From: Terriglobia bacterium
Lineage (GTDB): Bacteria; Acidobacteriota; Terriglobia; Bryobacterales; UBA6623
Assembly (NCBI GenBank): GCA_963824095.1
Contig: CAWGNS010000009.1
Coordinates: 128,256-192,255 of the forward strand
Direction: 5' to 3'
Length of the DNA stretch: 64,000 nt
In this document: positions 63,955-64,000 of the stretch, in pieces
Layout: each line of letters opens with the position of its first letter
How positions within the stretch are numbered: position 1 is the first letter of the stretch
Notes under the pieces: model-generated
Seen by the model: the letters and a program-made list of their open reading frames with translations, nothing else
The model's database searches: none
What the model was told of the DNA's origin: nothing
Program-made: the position numbers and the translations under genes

Positions 63955-64000
63955 AGAGCGCCATGGGTTTGGCTCTCGTGCCGGAGAATCGTTTTCGGTT

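Noticed and set aside
1-64000. CRISPR arrays, rRNA, tRNA, IS transposases, integrases, phage or plasmid genes
   Set aside because: I looked for regularly spaced direct repeats, tRNA T-arm-like GGTTCGA(A/G)TCC boxes and transposase-like ORFs and saw none. By-eye scanning can miss tRNAs and small RNAs, so tRNAscan-SE/Infernal should confirm.

Overview
High-GC bacterial chromosomal segment. I recognised no rRNA, tRNA, CRISPR array, transposase, integrase or phage gene. Gene content points, by inference, to an Acidobacteria (Solibacter/Bryobacter-like) genome: five ADOP-type duplicated FtsX/MacB-like orphan permeases plus a fragment of a sixth, two CRTAC1/ASPIC-UnbV FG-GAP proteins with TPR partners, several Tat-signal enzymes, and the end of a TonB-dependent receptor. 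I call about 47 protein-coding genes. Main blocks: (1) 1-14 kb, TonB receptor end, then a plus-strand cluster of TPR, Mo-oxidoreductase-like, DUF1501-like, unknown, CRTAC1-TPR, TPR and CRTAC1 genes. (2) 14-23.4 kb, transglycosylase, bacilliredoxin-like protein, an EPS export set (Wza-like, Wzz/GumC-like, degenerate BY-kinase-like), LysR, and pdxS-pdxT-LMW phosphatase. (3) 24-33 kb, assorted enzymes plus one ADOP permease. (4) 33.5-40 kb, two MacB-type ATPases and a MacA-type adaptor with no permease, behind a sigma-54-dependent NtrC-type regulator and histidine kinase. (5) 40.5-52 kb, an alpha/beta hydrolase and four tandem ADOP permeases. (6) 52.4-56.7 kb, a complete adaptor/permease/ATPase efflux operon. 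(7) 56.8-64 kb, mixed enzymes and an ADOP gene fragment. Most interesting is the permease-less adaptor/ATPase operon next to many ATPase-less permeases, which may be a modular efflux system acting in trans. Next is a conserved palindromic leader upstream of the hydrolase and ADOP genes. The intergenic regions hold several families of MITE/REP-like inverted-repeat elements. The BY-kinase paralog has lost its catalytic residues. Three otherwise intact genes carry 1-nt frame disruptions, which are either assembly errors or recent pseudogenisation. All functional calls rest on motif recognition by eye. No database search was run.
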